Under the pieces are notes generated by a model. The model was not told where the DNA came from. It saw only the letters and a program-made list of their open reading frames with translations, and did no database searches. Shown piece after piece: positions 27,095 through 35,708 of a DNA stretch of 64,000 bases; position 1 is the first letter of the stretch; each line of letters opens with the position of its first letter. The position numbers and the translations under genes are program-made. This DNA is from Minisyncoccota bacterium (GTDB lineage: Bacteria > Patescibacteriota > Minisyncoccia > Phycocordibacterales > JAQTLZ01): positions 73,779 through 137,778 of the forward strand of contig JAQTSY010000002.1 of assembly GCA_028711065.1 (NCBI GenBank). The letters are read 5' to 3'.

Positions 27095-27742
27095 TTGTTC
27101 GTAAGAACTGTTGCATACAAGGAGGATGACGCCGTGGATAAAACCATGACCCCGTCCGAGAGCATCAGCACCGGAAAGATCGGCAAGATTCAGGAACTTC
27201 TGGGAGCAGGGCTTCGCAAGTCGGGATTGCCCGACGGTCCGGTTCAGAAAGTGCTTGAGCATCAGGGCGACGCGCTCACCACAGAACTCGTCGCGGTGAT
27301 CCGAAAGTTTGTCGAAGCGATCGGCGAGATGTTCTCGCGCATCGTCAAGGTGAACCGCAAGCGCACCCCGAAAGAGGCGCTCAAGGCCACCGGCCGTAAA
27401 CTCTACGTCAACGACGACGTGGTGGAAGCTATGCCGCGCGGCGAAGGTACCGAAACGGAGGTTCACTTCTTCAAGGTCGGTAAGTATTTGACTGACGAAG
27501 AACTCGACAAGGAATACGAACTCCGCGGGCTCAAACCCGCCGATCCGTACTCCGTCGCCGCGGTGAACGAAGCTGATCCTGCCTTTGCCGATGAGAAGCC
27601 CAACGGCACTCACTGGAAAGACAAAGACGGTAAGTGGTGTTTCGCGGCGTTCAATCGCTGGCGCGGCGAGCGCAGGGTGGGCGTGGACCGCGACGACGAC
27701 GGCTGGAGTGGCCACTGGTGGTTCGCCGGCGTCCGCAAGTAG
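27095..27742 (+). CDS. DGR target (variable) protein; GC-rich (~58%) relative to the genome; VR at the C-terminus; probable start GTG 27134 after AAGGAGGA
   Basis: The C-terminal 97 nt match the downstream template repeat except at template adenines. Confidence 0.8.
   Translation: MFVRTVAYKEDDAVDKTMTPSESISTGKIGKIQELLGAGLRKSGLPDGPVQKVLEHQGDALTTELVAVIRKFVEAIGEMFSRIVKVNRKRTPKEALKATGRKLYVNDDVVEAMPRGEGTETEVHFFKVGKYLTDEELDKEYELRGLKPADPYSVAAVNEADPAFADEKPNGTHWKDKDGKWCFAAFNRWRGERRVGVDRDDDGWSGHWWFAGVRK
27640..27736 (+). repeat. DGR variable repeat (VR)
   Basis: 97/97 alignable with TR 28093-28189. There are 14 mismatches, every one at a TR adenine (VR has G or C). A GC-rich IMH-like 3' end (GGTTCGCCGGCGTCCGC) is followed by hairpin CAAGTAgcacttcgTACTTG. 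Confidence 0.85.
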
Positions 27743-28092
27743 CACTTCGTACTTGCGACACTTCGCACTTTTGGATCCTTTGTCCTTTGTTCGCAAAACG
27801 CTTTTGGAAGATACGCGTCAAACTTCCAGCCCGGTACATCTGTATCGGGTTTTTTCGTGCTAAAATAAAGACGGCTGTAGGTGAATATGCAGAAGATTAC
27901 GATTTTCTGCTGCCGAAACCAGTATCCGCAAGTTGAGAGCGTCTGCGATCACGGTTTCAGACGGAGGACTTGCGAAGACACTTCACAAAAAATGAAGCTA
28001 CTTGGTATAAAGTGTTAGGGCATTTCGATGCCGGATACGATACAACCTTGAGAGTATTCAAGAGGTGGTGACAAAGAAGGCATTTTATACAA

Positions 28093-28189
28093 TTTCGCGA
28101 CGTTCAATCGCTGGAACGACGAGCGCAAGGTGAACGTGAACCGCAACGACAACAGCTGGAATGACAACTGGTGGTTCGCCGGCGTCCGC
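28093..28189 (+). repeat. DGR template repeat (TR), rich in AAC codons
   Basis: See VR. A hairpin CTCTCCTACttttGTAGGAGAG lies downstream. Confidence 0.85.
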
Positions 28190-28607
28190 TACTCGCTTCG
28201 TTTCTCTCCTACTTTTGTAGGAGAGTTTCGTTTATCCCGAGCATTGTCGAGGGATTTGGAGAGTTGTCCGCTCCAACCACCGAGCATTTTGCCGATCTCT
28301 TCGATTTTTAGGGAAAGAGCGATGTATTTTTTGTTGTCGATCGACTTTGTTTCCCAGAGAACCATCACTAATATTTTCAGAGTGTCTATTTTTCGCACAG
28401 CCAGACGCACGTAGGGAATTTTTTCTTCACGAGAAAGAAACGTCGCAATACTGATCGCTTCTATGCTTTCGACAAACAGTGAATCAACCCTTTGTCCGAG
28501 GGAATGCCGATGGGCTTTCGGCAGGATTTGATAGTAGCTATACCAAAGGATATAAACATCTTTTATTTTCTGGAGAAGTGGAAGAAGCTTTGCGGGGGGG
28601 GGGGCAT
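28189..28607 (-). CDS. avd: DGR accessory variability determinant (Avd; four-helix-bundle / 23S rRNA IVS-protein family). The reading frame is interrupted by a G11 (C11 on the coding strand) homopolymer at 28594-28604
   Basis: The C-terminal 73 aa (listed ORF 28189..28410) and upstream in-frame residues (...LGQRVDSLFVESIEAISIA...KIEEIGKMLGGW) match the four-helix-bundle IVS/Avd family. The ATG at 28605-28607 is in frame only if the tract were 12 nt. The 419-nt span is not a multiple of 3. Confidence 0.6.
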
Positions 28608-28638
28608 AGAGGCTTGAGAATTCATGGTGTAATATGTT

Positions 28639-29652
28639 TTGATGCTGAAAAAACTTGATAATGCATACGACAATATCATATCTTTGGAAAATTTACTTTT
28701 AGCATGGCAGGAGTTTTTGAGCGGGAAGAAGAAGCGAGAAGATGTGCAAGAATTCGAGCGAAATTTGATGCAAAATCTTATTTCACTTCATTCCGATCTT
28801 TCCGCGAAAACATATCGTCACGGAGCATACCATTATTTCGTCGTCTCTGATCCGAAACGGCGCGATATTCATAAAGCGACTGTCCGCGACAGGATAGTGC
28901 ATCGAGCAGTCTATCGAATTTTGTATCCGTATTTTGATCGGAAATTTATTCCTGATTCGTATTCTTGCCGGAATTTCAAAGGAACGCATCGAGCACTCGA
29001 TCGCTTTCGGGATTTCGGGAGAAAAGTTTCCCGAAATCACACTTGCACCTGTTGGGTCTTGAAGTGCGATATCCGCAAGTTTTTCGCTTCGATTGATCAC
29101 AAAACGCTTTTTACAATTTTGGGAAAGCACATTTCGGATGCAGATACGCTTTGGCTTTTGCGAGGAATTGTCGGCAGTTTTCATTCAAAAAGAGAAGGTG
29201 TCGGATTGCCACTTGGAAATTTAACTTCGCAACTTCTGGTGAACATTTACATGAACGAATTTGATCAATTCGTAAAGCATCGACTGAAAGTAAAATATTA
29301 CATTCGCTACGCTGATGATTTTGTTTTTCTCCACGAGGACAAAGCTGTGCTTGAAGAGCTTTTGCCGAAGATTGGAGATTTTTTGGAAGAGAAATTAGAA
29401 CTTTCTTTGCATCCCGACAAAGTGTTTATTAAAACATTTTCCTCTGGTGTGGATTTTCTCGGATGGATGCACTTTCCGAATCATCGAGTATTGAGAGCAG
29501 CGACGAAGCGAAGAATGATGAGGACTATAGAAGCGAAAAAAGGAAAAACAGAGACCCTTCAGTCTTATCTTGGGCTTTTATCTCACGGGAATACAAAAAA
29601 ACTGCAGAGAAAAATACGAACCATCAACTTGGAAGCTTGGCTTCCAAGTTGA
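28639..29652 (+). CDS. DGR reverse transcriptase
   Basis: RT motifs with the DGR-diagnostic LPLGNLTSQLLVNIYM in motif 4 (group II introns have QGxxxSP). YADDFVF in motif 5. No maturase or endonuclease domain. Confidence 0.85.
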   Translation: MMLKKLDNAYDNIISLENLLLAWQEFLSGKKKREDVQEFERNLMQNLISLHSDLSAKTYRHGAYHYFVVSDPKRRDIHKATVRDRIVHRAVYRILYPYFDRKFIPDSYSCRNFKGTHRALDRFRDFGRKVSRNHTCTCWVLKCDIRKFFASIDHKTLFTILGKHISDADTLWLLRGIVGSFHSKREGVGLPLGNLTSQLLVNIYMNEFDQFVKHRLKVKYYIRYADDFVFLHEDKAVLEELLPKIGDFLEEKLELSLHPDKVFIKTFSSGVDFLGWMHFPNHRVLRAATKRRMMRTIEAKKGKTETLQSYLGLLSHGNTKKLQRKIRTINLEAWLPS

Positions 29653-29655
29653 TGG

Positions 29656-30246
29656 TCAAACCTTTGGTGCGGGGTTTTCCGGTTTTGGCACGATCGGAGC
29701 TGCTGCAGGAGCTTTTTTAGCTAAAAGAGTCTGCACCCCGCCTGTTCCTTTTTCGACAATGATGGTGATACCTTTGGGACTCTTTGTTGGGCCGTCGGCG
29801 ATTCTAAATTCTTCGGTGATGAGCATGAGGATGCGGTTCAAGCGTTCTTTGAGGAAATTAAAATCCATGTATTTTGCCCGGCCGGAAAGGAAGAGGTCGA
29901 TTTTTATTCTATGACCTTCTTTGAGCCACTTACTCGCATTTTTCGCTTTCAAATTGAGGTCGTGGTCTCCAGTGCCTATTTTCACTTGGAGTGTTTTCAT
30001 CTCGATGATATGCATTTTCGACTTCGCGACTTTCGCTTTTTTATTTTCGTCGTATTGATATTTTCCGAAGTCAGTAATTTTGGCTACAGGAGGTACTGCG
30101 GTAGGGGAGATTTCTATAAGATCGAGTCCGAGCGCCGCTGCTTTATCCATCGCGTCTTTAAAAGAGATAACGCCAAAATTCTCGCCTTCGGGACCGATGA
30201 CGCGTAGTTCTGCCGATCGTATTTGATGATTAATTCTAGCTTTCAA
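29656..30246 (-). CDS. infC: translation initiation factor IF-3 (C-terminal A/P-rich tail)
   Basis: IF-3 N- and C-domains. It lies upstream of rpmI-rplT on the same strand, separated from them by the DGR. Confidence 0.9.
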   Translation of the reverse strand: MKARINHQIRSAELRVIGPEGENFGVISFKDAMDKAAALGLDLIEISPTAVPPVAKITDFGKYQYDENKKAKVAKSKMHIIEMKTLQVKIGTGDHDLNLKAKNASKWLKEGHRIKIDLFLSGRAKYMDFNFLKERLNRILMLITEEFRIADGPTKSPKGITIIVEKGTGGVQTLLAKKAPAAAPIVPKPENPAPKV

Positions 30247-30278
30247 TTGTGATGTGTTTAATGAGGTTTCTGATACTT

Positions 30279-30388
30279 GGTCGCGAAATGTAGTATTTTA
30301 AAAACGCGACATAAAACTTTGCTAAGTTTTTGCTATGCTCGGCCCAGCCGGCCTGCGCAATGTTTTTAAAATACTACATTTCGCGACC
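30279..30388. repeat. 110-bp palindromic element between cls and infC: perfect 27-bp arms (GGTCGCGAAATGTAGTATTTTAAAAAC) around a GC-rich inner hairpin
   Basis: Arms at 30279-30305 and 30362-30388 are exact reverse complements. Confidence 0.75.
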
Positions 30389-30394
30389 TGCGTT

Positions 30395-31525
30395 CTACAG
30401 GAATCTATGTAACGGATAACTTAGGTACTGAAGCATCTTATCAAAGAATGGCCGATTTTTCCATTCCGAATAAATTACTTCTCGCGAAGTCTTCAAATCT
30501 GTTTCAAAATGTCCGGCGAGCTCGTCCACAAATTTTTTGTCCGTACTCTCGATATTCGCTTCGTAATTCCAAAGCAAACTCAAAGTATCGAGGTTCAAAC
30601 TGCCCACCGTTGCCCATTTTCCATCAATGACAGCTGTCTTCGCGTGGAGAATTCCATTTTGAAACAGAAATACTCGGATGCCCGCTTTCAGTGCTGGTTC
30701 AATGTATGAATATGCTGCGATATTGAAAAACATTACGTCTGATTTTTCCGGAATGATAAGTTTTACCTCAACCCCTCTCTTCGCAGCAAGACGAAGCGCT
30801 CGGAAAAGTCGGCCATCAGGGATGAAGTAGGGAGTAGTGAGAAGGATGGAATGTCTAGCGCTTCGAATATTATCCACGAGTACGTGATAGATGTGTCTTT
30901 GGAAAAAGTGGGGGACATTCGTAAGCAAATTAAATTTGCGCATTTTTCGGAACCACTTTCGAAGCAGAAATATGTTTCGGCGTTTTGATTTATTCCAAAT
31001 GTCGTCAAAATTTGTCTTCATTGCGTCCACGATATCTCCGGTGATAGAAAGATGCGTGTCTCTCCACTTTCTGATATCTTTTCGTATCCCGACTCCTCCG
31101 ATGAAAGCAACTTTGTTATCGATGACCATAGTTTTTCTATGATTTCGGAAATACCATGCAGTGAAATTTGCTACTCGCCACGGACTTATGATGTTGAAAA
31201 ATCGGACTTTCGCTCCCGCATCGCGTAATTTTCCTGGCCACTCTGAACTAAAAAAATCAAAACTCCCCACGTGGTCACAAAGAAGCCGGATCGCCACTCC
31301 CGCTTTGGCTTTAGAGATAAGTTCTTGGAAAAATTGAATGCCAATTTCGTCATTGCTCCAGATATACTGCTCGATCTCGATGCTTTTTGTCGCGCCCTTA
31401 ATTGCCTCGAGCATCGCGTCTTGAGCAGTAGCTCCGAAAAGAAAAAAACGCCAAGATGTCCCATTTTCAAAGGTTTTCTCTATTGTGCCGGCTTTTAGCA
31501 TCCAAGTAGTATACCCCCGCCCCAA
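30395..31525 (-). CDS. cls: cardiolipin synthase / phospholipase D-family enzyme (two HKD motifs)
   Basis: HRKTMVIDNKVAFIGGVGI and HAKTAVIDGKWATVGSLNLD. Confidence 0.85.
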   Translation of the reverse strand: MGRGYTTWMLKAGTIEKTFENGTSWRFFLFGATAQDAMLEAIKGATKSIEIEQYIWSNDEIGIQFFQELISKAKAGVAIRLLCDHVGSFDFFSSEWPGKLRDAGAKVRFFNIISPWRVANFTAWYFRNHRKTMVIDNKVAFIGGVGIRKDIRKWRDTHLSITGDIVDAMKTNFDDIWNKSKRRNIFLLRKWFRKMRKFNLLTNVPHFFQRHIYHVLVDNIRSARHSILLTTPYFIPDGRLFRALRLAAKRGVEVKLIIPEKSDVMFFNIAAYSYIEPALKAGIRVFLFQNGILHAKTAVIDGKWATVGSLNLDTLSLLWNYEANIESTDKKFVDELAGHFETDLKTSREVIYSEWKNRPFFDKMLQYLSYPLHRFL

Positions 31526-31570
31526 CTTTTAAAAAAGTTGGGGCGGGGGTGTTAGAAAAAGGGGACAAAA

Positions 31571-33184
31571 GTGGAAAACCTTCCCCGCGATTCTGCTATT
31601 ATAGAGAGTATGGACTCCCTACTTCTTCATTTAGGAGATCAGTCGATTTTAATTTTTTTCGCGTATCTTCTCTCTGCCGTCTCGCTTTTTCTCTTGGCTT
31701 TTTTTGTTTTCTCTAAAGGGTTATCAAAATCCCCGAACATCCTTTTTTTCATTTCTTCTCTTTTGCTGACATTTTTTCTTTTCGCGAGAGCTTTCGGACC
31801 AGGTCTCAACATGGCGCTCGGGGTTAATTGGCTCTTTATCGGCCAACTTCTTATTTTAGCTTCGCTTCCTTTTGTTCTCCATACGCTATTCTGTTTTTTC
31901 AATAGAACGCGTTTTCAAAAAGTTATCATCTCTATCGCGTATGCGTGGAGCGCTATTCTTATTTCTGGATTTCTCTTTTTGCCCCGAGAGATGGGAGAGC
32001 AGATTTATTATTCTTTATTTTTCAATCCTTTTCCTAAAAATATCGATATTATATCGACACTTCTTTTTTTCTCTGCCCTTGTCTTTCTCGTCTCTCCCTT
32101 TCTCTTTGCGCTTGTCAGGAGAACCTATGTTGACAGGCCTTCAAAGAGACAATTTTGGTGCCTGTGGTTTTTCTTCGCGATCTTTTATGCGGTGATCTTT
32201 TTTCTTATTCTGCCTTTTTGGAACAAGGGGGCGTCTTTCGCGGCTCCGGCGCTTCTCACTATCTTTGTTTTATCACTTCTGCTCGCGCTTTTTCGGTACG
32301 AACTTTTTGGAGTGCGTATTCCCACGAGCCATTCTCCCGTTTCGGCTCTTTCGATTTTTATCGTTACTTTGATTATTGCTCTCTCGAATTTTTACGCCAA
32401 TCTGCTTGTAAATTATTTTCCGTCTCTCCCTTTCTTCACCTTTCCCCTGATTTCAGTTGCGGCCGCTCTCTTTTTGGGTTGGTTTGTGTGGTGGAGGGAA
32501 AAGCGCACTGATGAGCTTAAAGCGGAATTTACCAATGTAGTGACGCACCAATTCCGTACCCCTCTTACGTATATCAAATGGTCTATTGGAGATTTGAGGA
32601 AAGATCAGACGGAAGCGGAACGAAAAGCGTCTGTTGACCAGATAGAAGCAGGAAATGAAAGATTGGTTGAGCTTGTGAATATTTTGGTTGGAATTTCAAA
32701 AACCGATGAGCTTTTCTCGTATGCTTGGACAGCCGTTTCCCCACGCGAGCTTGTTGAGGAATCTTTATCGCACTATGGCACGAACCTTCGTCAAAAACAG
32801 ATCACTCTGACTCTTAACCTTGCAAACGACCTGCCTCTTCTTGCTGTTGATGCAAATCGCTTGAAATTGGTTGTAAGCATTCTCCTCGAAAATGCTATTT
32901 CCTATACTCCAGAGCACGGTTCGATATTTGTTTCTGCGATTAAGAAAGAACATTCTGTACTCTTTTCATTTAAAGATACCGGTATTGGAATTTCAAAAGA
33001 TGACATGCCGCATATTTTCAAAAATTTCTATAGAAGCAAAGATGCGCAGGCGGCAGATACGACTGGGATGGGACTCGGGCTTTACATCGCAAAAAGTATT
33101 ATTGAAAGGCATGGGGGGAAGCTTTGGGTTGAATCGCCCGGGAGAGGAAAGGGCGCCACATTTTCTTTCGAGTTGAAGTTTTAA
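31571..33184 (+). CDS. sensor histidine kinase with a large polytopic membrane N-terminal domain
   Basis: HisKA H-box (THQFRTPLT) and HATPase_c N/G1/G2 boxes (GMGLGLYIAKSIIERHGG). Confidence 0.85.
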   Translation: MENLPRDSAIIESMDSLLLHLGDQSILIFFAYLLSAVSLFLLAFFVFSKGLSKSPNILFFISSLLLTFFLFARAFGPGLNMALGVNWLFIGQLLILASLPFVLHTLFCFFNRTRFQKVIISIAYAWSAILISGFLFLPREMGEQIYYSLFFNPFPKNIDIISTLLFFSALVFLVSPFLFALVRRTYVDRPSKRQFWCLWFFFAIFYAVIFFLILPFWNKGASFAAPALLTIFVLSLLLALFRYELFGVRIPTSHSPVSALSIFIVTLIIALSNFYANLLVNYFPSLPFFTFPLISVAAALFLGWFVWWREKRTDELKAEFTNVVTHQFRTPLTYIKWSIGDLRKDQTEAERKASVDQIEAGNERLVELVNILVGISKTDELFSYAWTAVSPRELVEESLSHYGTNLRQKQITLTLNLANDLPLLAVDANRLKLVVSILLENAISYTPEHGSIFVSAIKKEHSVLFSFKDTGIGISKDDMPHIFKNFYRSKDAQAADTTGMGLGLYIAKSIIERHGGKLWVESPGRGKGATFSFELKF

Positions 33185-33321
33185 AGAGGAAACAATTCAG
33201 GCCGCATATCTGCACCTGGGGCAGATATGCGGCCTGTCACGTATTTACTTCTGGAACGTCATAATAAGCAAGGAAATAAAGACTTAGGTCGATTTTCATT
33301 ATCAATTATTTCATTAAAATT

Positions 33322-34158
33322 ATGAACAAAAAAACAACTATAGGGACTATCATTGTTATAGTCGTTATTGTTATTATTGGGCTCTTCATCTGGGGCGGAT
33401 CCACTCCGGCAAAAGCAGCTGGCCATGTTGTGTTTGCCATTACTGATGCAGCAGCCGACATGGGGAATGTGAGCGAGATAACAGTTACGGTAAGCGAAGT
33501 CGATCTGCATTCAACGACGCAGGGTTGGGTGACAGCTTCTACGGATACAAAGACTTTTAATTTGCTTGCGCTCAAAGCTGCAGGACAATCGGCTCTGGTA
33601 ACTGCTACCGATCTTTCAGCCGATACGTATGATCAAGTTCGCGTTACTATTACAGATGTGAAAGTGACCACGAAAGATGGCGTGACTACCGAAGCCAAGC
33701 TTCCTTCGGGCGAATTCAAAATGGACGGACAGGTTCTTGTCGAAGCAGGGAAGACATCTACGGTGACGCTTGATTTTCTCGCCGACGCTTCGCTTCATCT
33801 GACTGGCACAGGAGCATTTATTTTCGCTCCGGTTATCAATATGCGTTCGACAAGCGAGGCTGATGTTACAGTTTCCTCTGATGAGAAGGTGAAGGTAAAT
33901 AATGGCAAGAGTACCGATAACCGCAAAGCCGGAATGGATATTGACGGTTCTGTGAAAGCTGATTTCCAAGTTCCACAGGATGAACAACTTGATGTCGATG
34001 CCACAGGAGTTATTCAAGTCGGGAACGCAACCTCGAGTCTTCATACGGGCGGCATGATGACTGGCAACTCTACTTCTACAAGTCATGCGAATGTCAACGG
34101 GAATGTGAATGTCAAAGTCCCGCCGGTGAAAGTGAAAGTTCCGTTAGTGACGTATTAA
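33322..34158 (+). CDS. secreted or membrane-anchored hypothetical protein (N-terminal TM, T/S/V-rich beta-rich domain; possibly DUF4382-like)
   Basis: Signal-anchor MNKKTTIGTIIVIVVIVIIGLFIW. A terminator at 34183-34222 follows. Confidence 0.5.
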   Translation: MNKKTTIGTIIVIVVIVIIGLFIWGGSTPAKAAGHVVFAITDAAADMGNVSEITVTVSEVDLHSTTQGWVTASTDTKTFNLLALKAAGQSALVTATDLSADTYDQVRVTITDVKVTTKDGVTTEAKLPSGEFKMDGQVLVEAGKTSTVTLDFLADASLHLTGTGAFIFAPVINMRSTSEADVTVSSDEKVKVNNGKSTDNRKAGMDIDGSVKADFQVPQDEQLDVDATGVIQVGNATSSLHTGGMMTGNSTSTSHANVNGNVNVKVPPVKVKVPLVTY

Positions 34159-34380
34159 GTTTCTCTTTCATTCAGAAAAAGAAAATCAGCCCGCTTATCG
34201 CGGGCTGATTTTTGAATTGTGGAGATGCCGGGAATCGTTCCTTACAGGAACAGTACCCCCGATGGAGATTTTTTACGTTCGATTACGAACTTAAAAATCT
34301 GCTCATCGGGGCTTCGATTCCCGCACAAAAGCGCCCCGCGCTTTCTCGTCCCACAAATTAAAAACCACCCGAAGGTGGTT

Positions 34381-34533
34381 CTTAATTTGTGGTGACATCC
34401 TAACCTTTGCGCGAACTTTTTTTGAACAACATTCCTAACGAATTCCGCCACGCGCGAGTACGCGCGTCCGCCCTCGACCCCGCCCACTCTCCATGCAAAT
34501 TTTGTTTCGCGCGGATTTCTTTTTTCGGAATGG
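34381..34533. repeat. IR-A left copy (~155 bp; ~96% identical to the reverse complement of 36958-37122), distal boundary of island 1 cargo
   Basis: Direct comparison of the two segments. It contains the internal palindrome ACCCCGCCCAC...GTGGGCGGGGT, the GC palindrome CACGCGCGAGTACGCGCGTC, and the terminal core CTTAATTTGTGG. Confidence 0.85.
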
Positions 34534-34804
34534 GTGGGCGGGGTTTTCGGGACGGACTTTTTCTTTAAGGAAAAAGTAGGCGGAATTCGAATACAATTCG
34601 GTGCCTCGTGCATCATTTTAGCATAGAAACGTCTGTTGTCTTCGGGTGTCCCTTCCGCTTCGCTCCAGAGGCCCCCTCAGACCAACAGACGTTTCTTATT
34701 TGGAGCACGAGGACTCTTGTGATATGTGCTTGCCCACCCAACCCACCGCGCACAAATTCTCGTCGTCTCCAAGAAAAATAGAGACGACTACTCCCTTGCG
34801 AACC

Positions 34805-34836
34805 TGAACGGCTCAAATGGTGGAATTGAGCTGTTA
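34805..34836. repeat. conserved hairpin motif TGAACGGCTCAaATGGTGGAATTGAGCtGTTa (second copy at 53903-53938)
   Basis: About 30/32 identity between the copies. Both sit ~200-270 bp inside the distal cargo IR of the two islands. Confidence 0.7.
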
Positions 34837-34854
34837 GGTTCGTTAGAACAATTT

Positions 34855-35352
34855 CTATTTAACAACTTTGTACACACGCCACTTTCGTCCGCCTCCCATC
34901 TCCTTTTCTGATACAAGAGAAAGATTCGGTTCACTTTTAAATACTTTGATACCTCCTCCGATTTTTTCAGGAAGTACATTTAACACAACCCTATCTATCA
35001 GATCATCTTCTAACGCAGATGTATTCAATGTGGGACCACTAGATACTAAAACGTTCGCCCCTAAAGTAAAAGCCTCTGTGGGAGAATGAGCAATGGTGTA
35101 CATTGGTTTCGATACAAAATGGACATCATCTGTAACTACAACTTTTTTAACATCTAAGTCTTCGAATTCTTTTATCATCTGTCGCGGATATTTCTGAATT
35201 GCCTCGTATGTTTTTCTTCCCGTTACAAATAAATCATGCTCTCTGCATATATCAAGAAAATCATTCCAGACAGTGTCAGGAATAAAATCCTCGTCTCCGT
35301 TTTCTCGAGCGATATACCCATCGGCAGAAACTACATTGTAGAGAGTAACCAT
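34855..35352 (-). CDS. dihydrofolate reductase-like / RibD C-terminal domain family protein
   Basis: 165 aa with the YwjB/RibD_C pattern (VSADGYIA...GRKTYE...VVLNVLP). Confidence 0.6.
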   Translation of the reverse strand: MVTLYNVVSADGYIARENGDEDFIPDTVWNDFLDICREHDLFVTGRKTYEAIQKYPRQMIKEFEDLDVKKVVVTDDVHFVSKPMYTIAHSPTEAFTLGANVLVSSGPTLNTSALEDDLIDRVVLNVLPEKIGGGIKVFKSEPNLSLVSEKEMGGGRKWRVYKVVK

Positions 35353-35364
35353 AATCTTTTGTTT

Positions 35365-35679
35365 CTATTTTAGCCTAACCAAACCAAATTTCTTCCCGTA
35401 TTTTTGTTTCATCCAAAGTCGAGCGTCTTCAATAATTTTGTCTCCATGTTTATTGTCTGGAGCGAGAACAAAGTCCACAGACCAATCTTTCTTTTTTTGT
35501 TTCGGTGTCTTAAGGATAACCAAAAAATCAACGTCCGCAGGACGTTTCTTTTTTGTTGAAAAACTACCCATAACAAACATCTCTGACACCGGCAGATGAA
35601 CATTTTTGAGAACTTTTTGAGTTTCCTTCCAAAGTTCTCTTCTGTATTTTGAATTAAGCAGTTCTTTAGGAATTTTCAT
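35365..35679 (-). CDS. minimal nucleotidyltransferase (Pol-beta superfamily; MNT-like)
   Basis: GSFSTKKKRPADVDFLV matches the GS...DxD NTase motif. 104 aa. Confidence 0.6.
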   Translation of the reverse strand: MKIPKELLNSKYRRELWKETQKVLKNVHLPVSEMFVMGSFSTKKKRPADVDFLVILKTPKQKKKDWSVDFVLAPDNKHGDKIIEDARLWMKQKYGKKFGLVRLK

Positions 35680-35708
35680 ATCAAAACTCTATAGTGTTTT
35701 TTGGTTTT

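Noticed and set aside
34242-34616. 124-aa minus-strand ORF
   Set aside because: It lies entirely within IR-A and its flanking palindromes. It is an artefact of the GC-rich repeat, and a mirrored artefactual ORF exists in the other copy.
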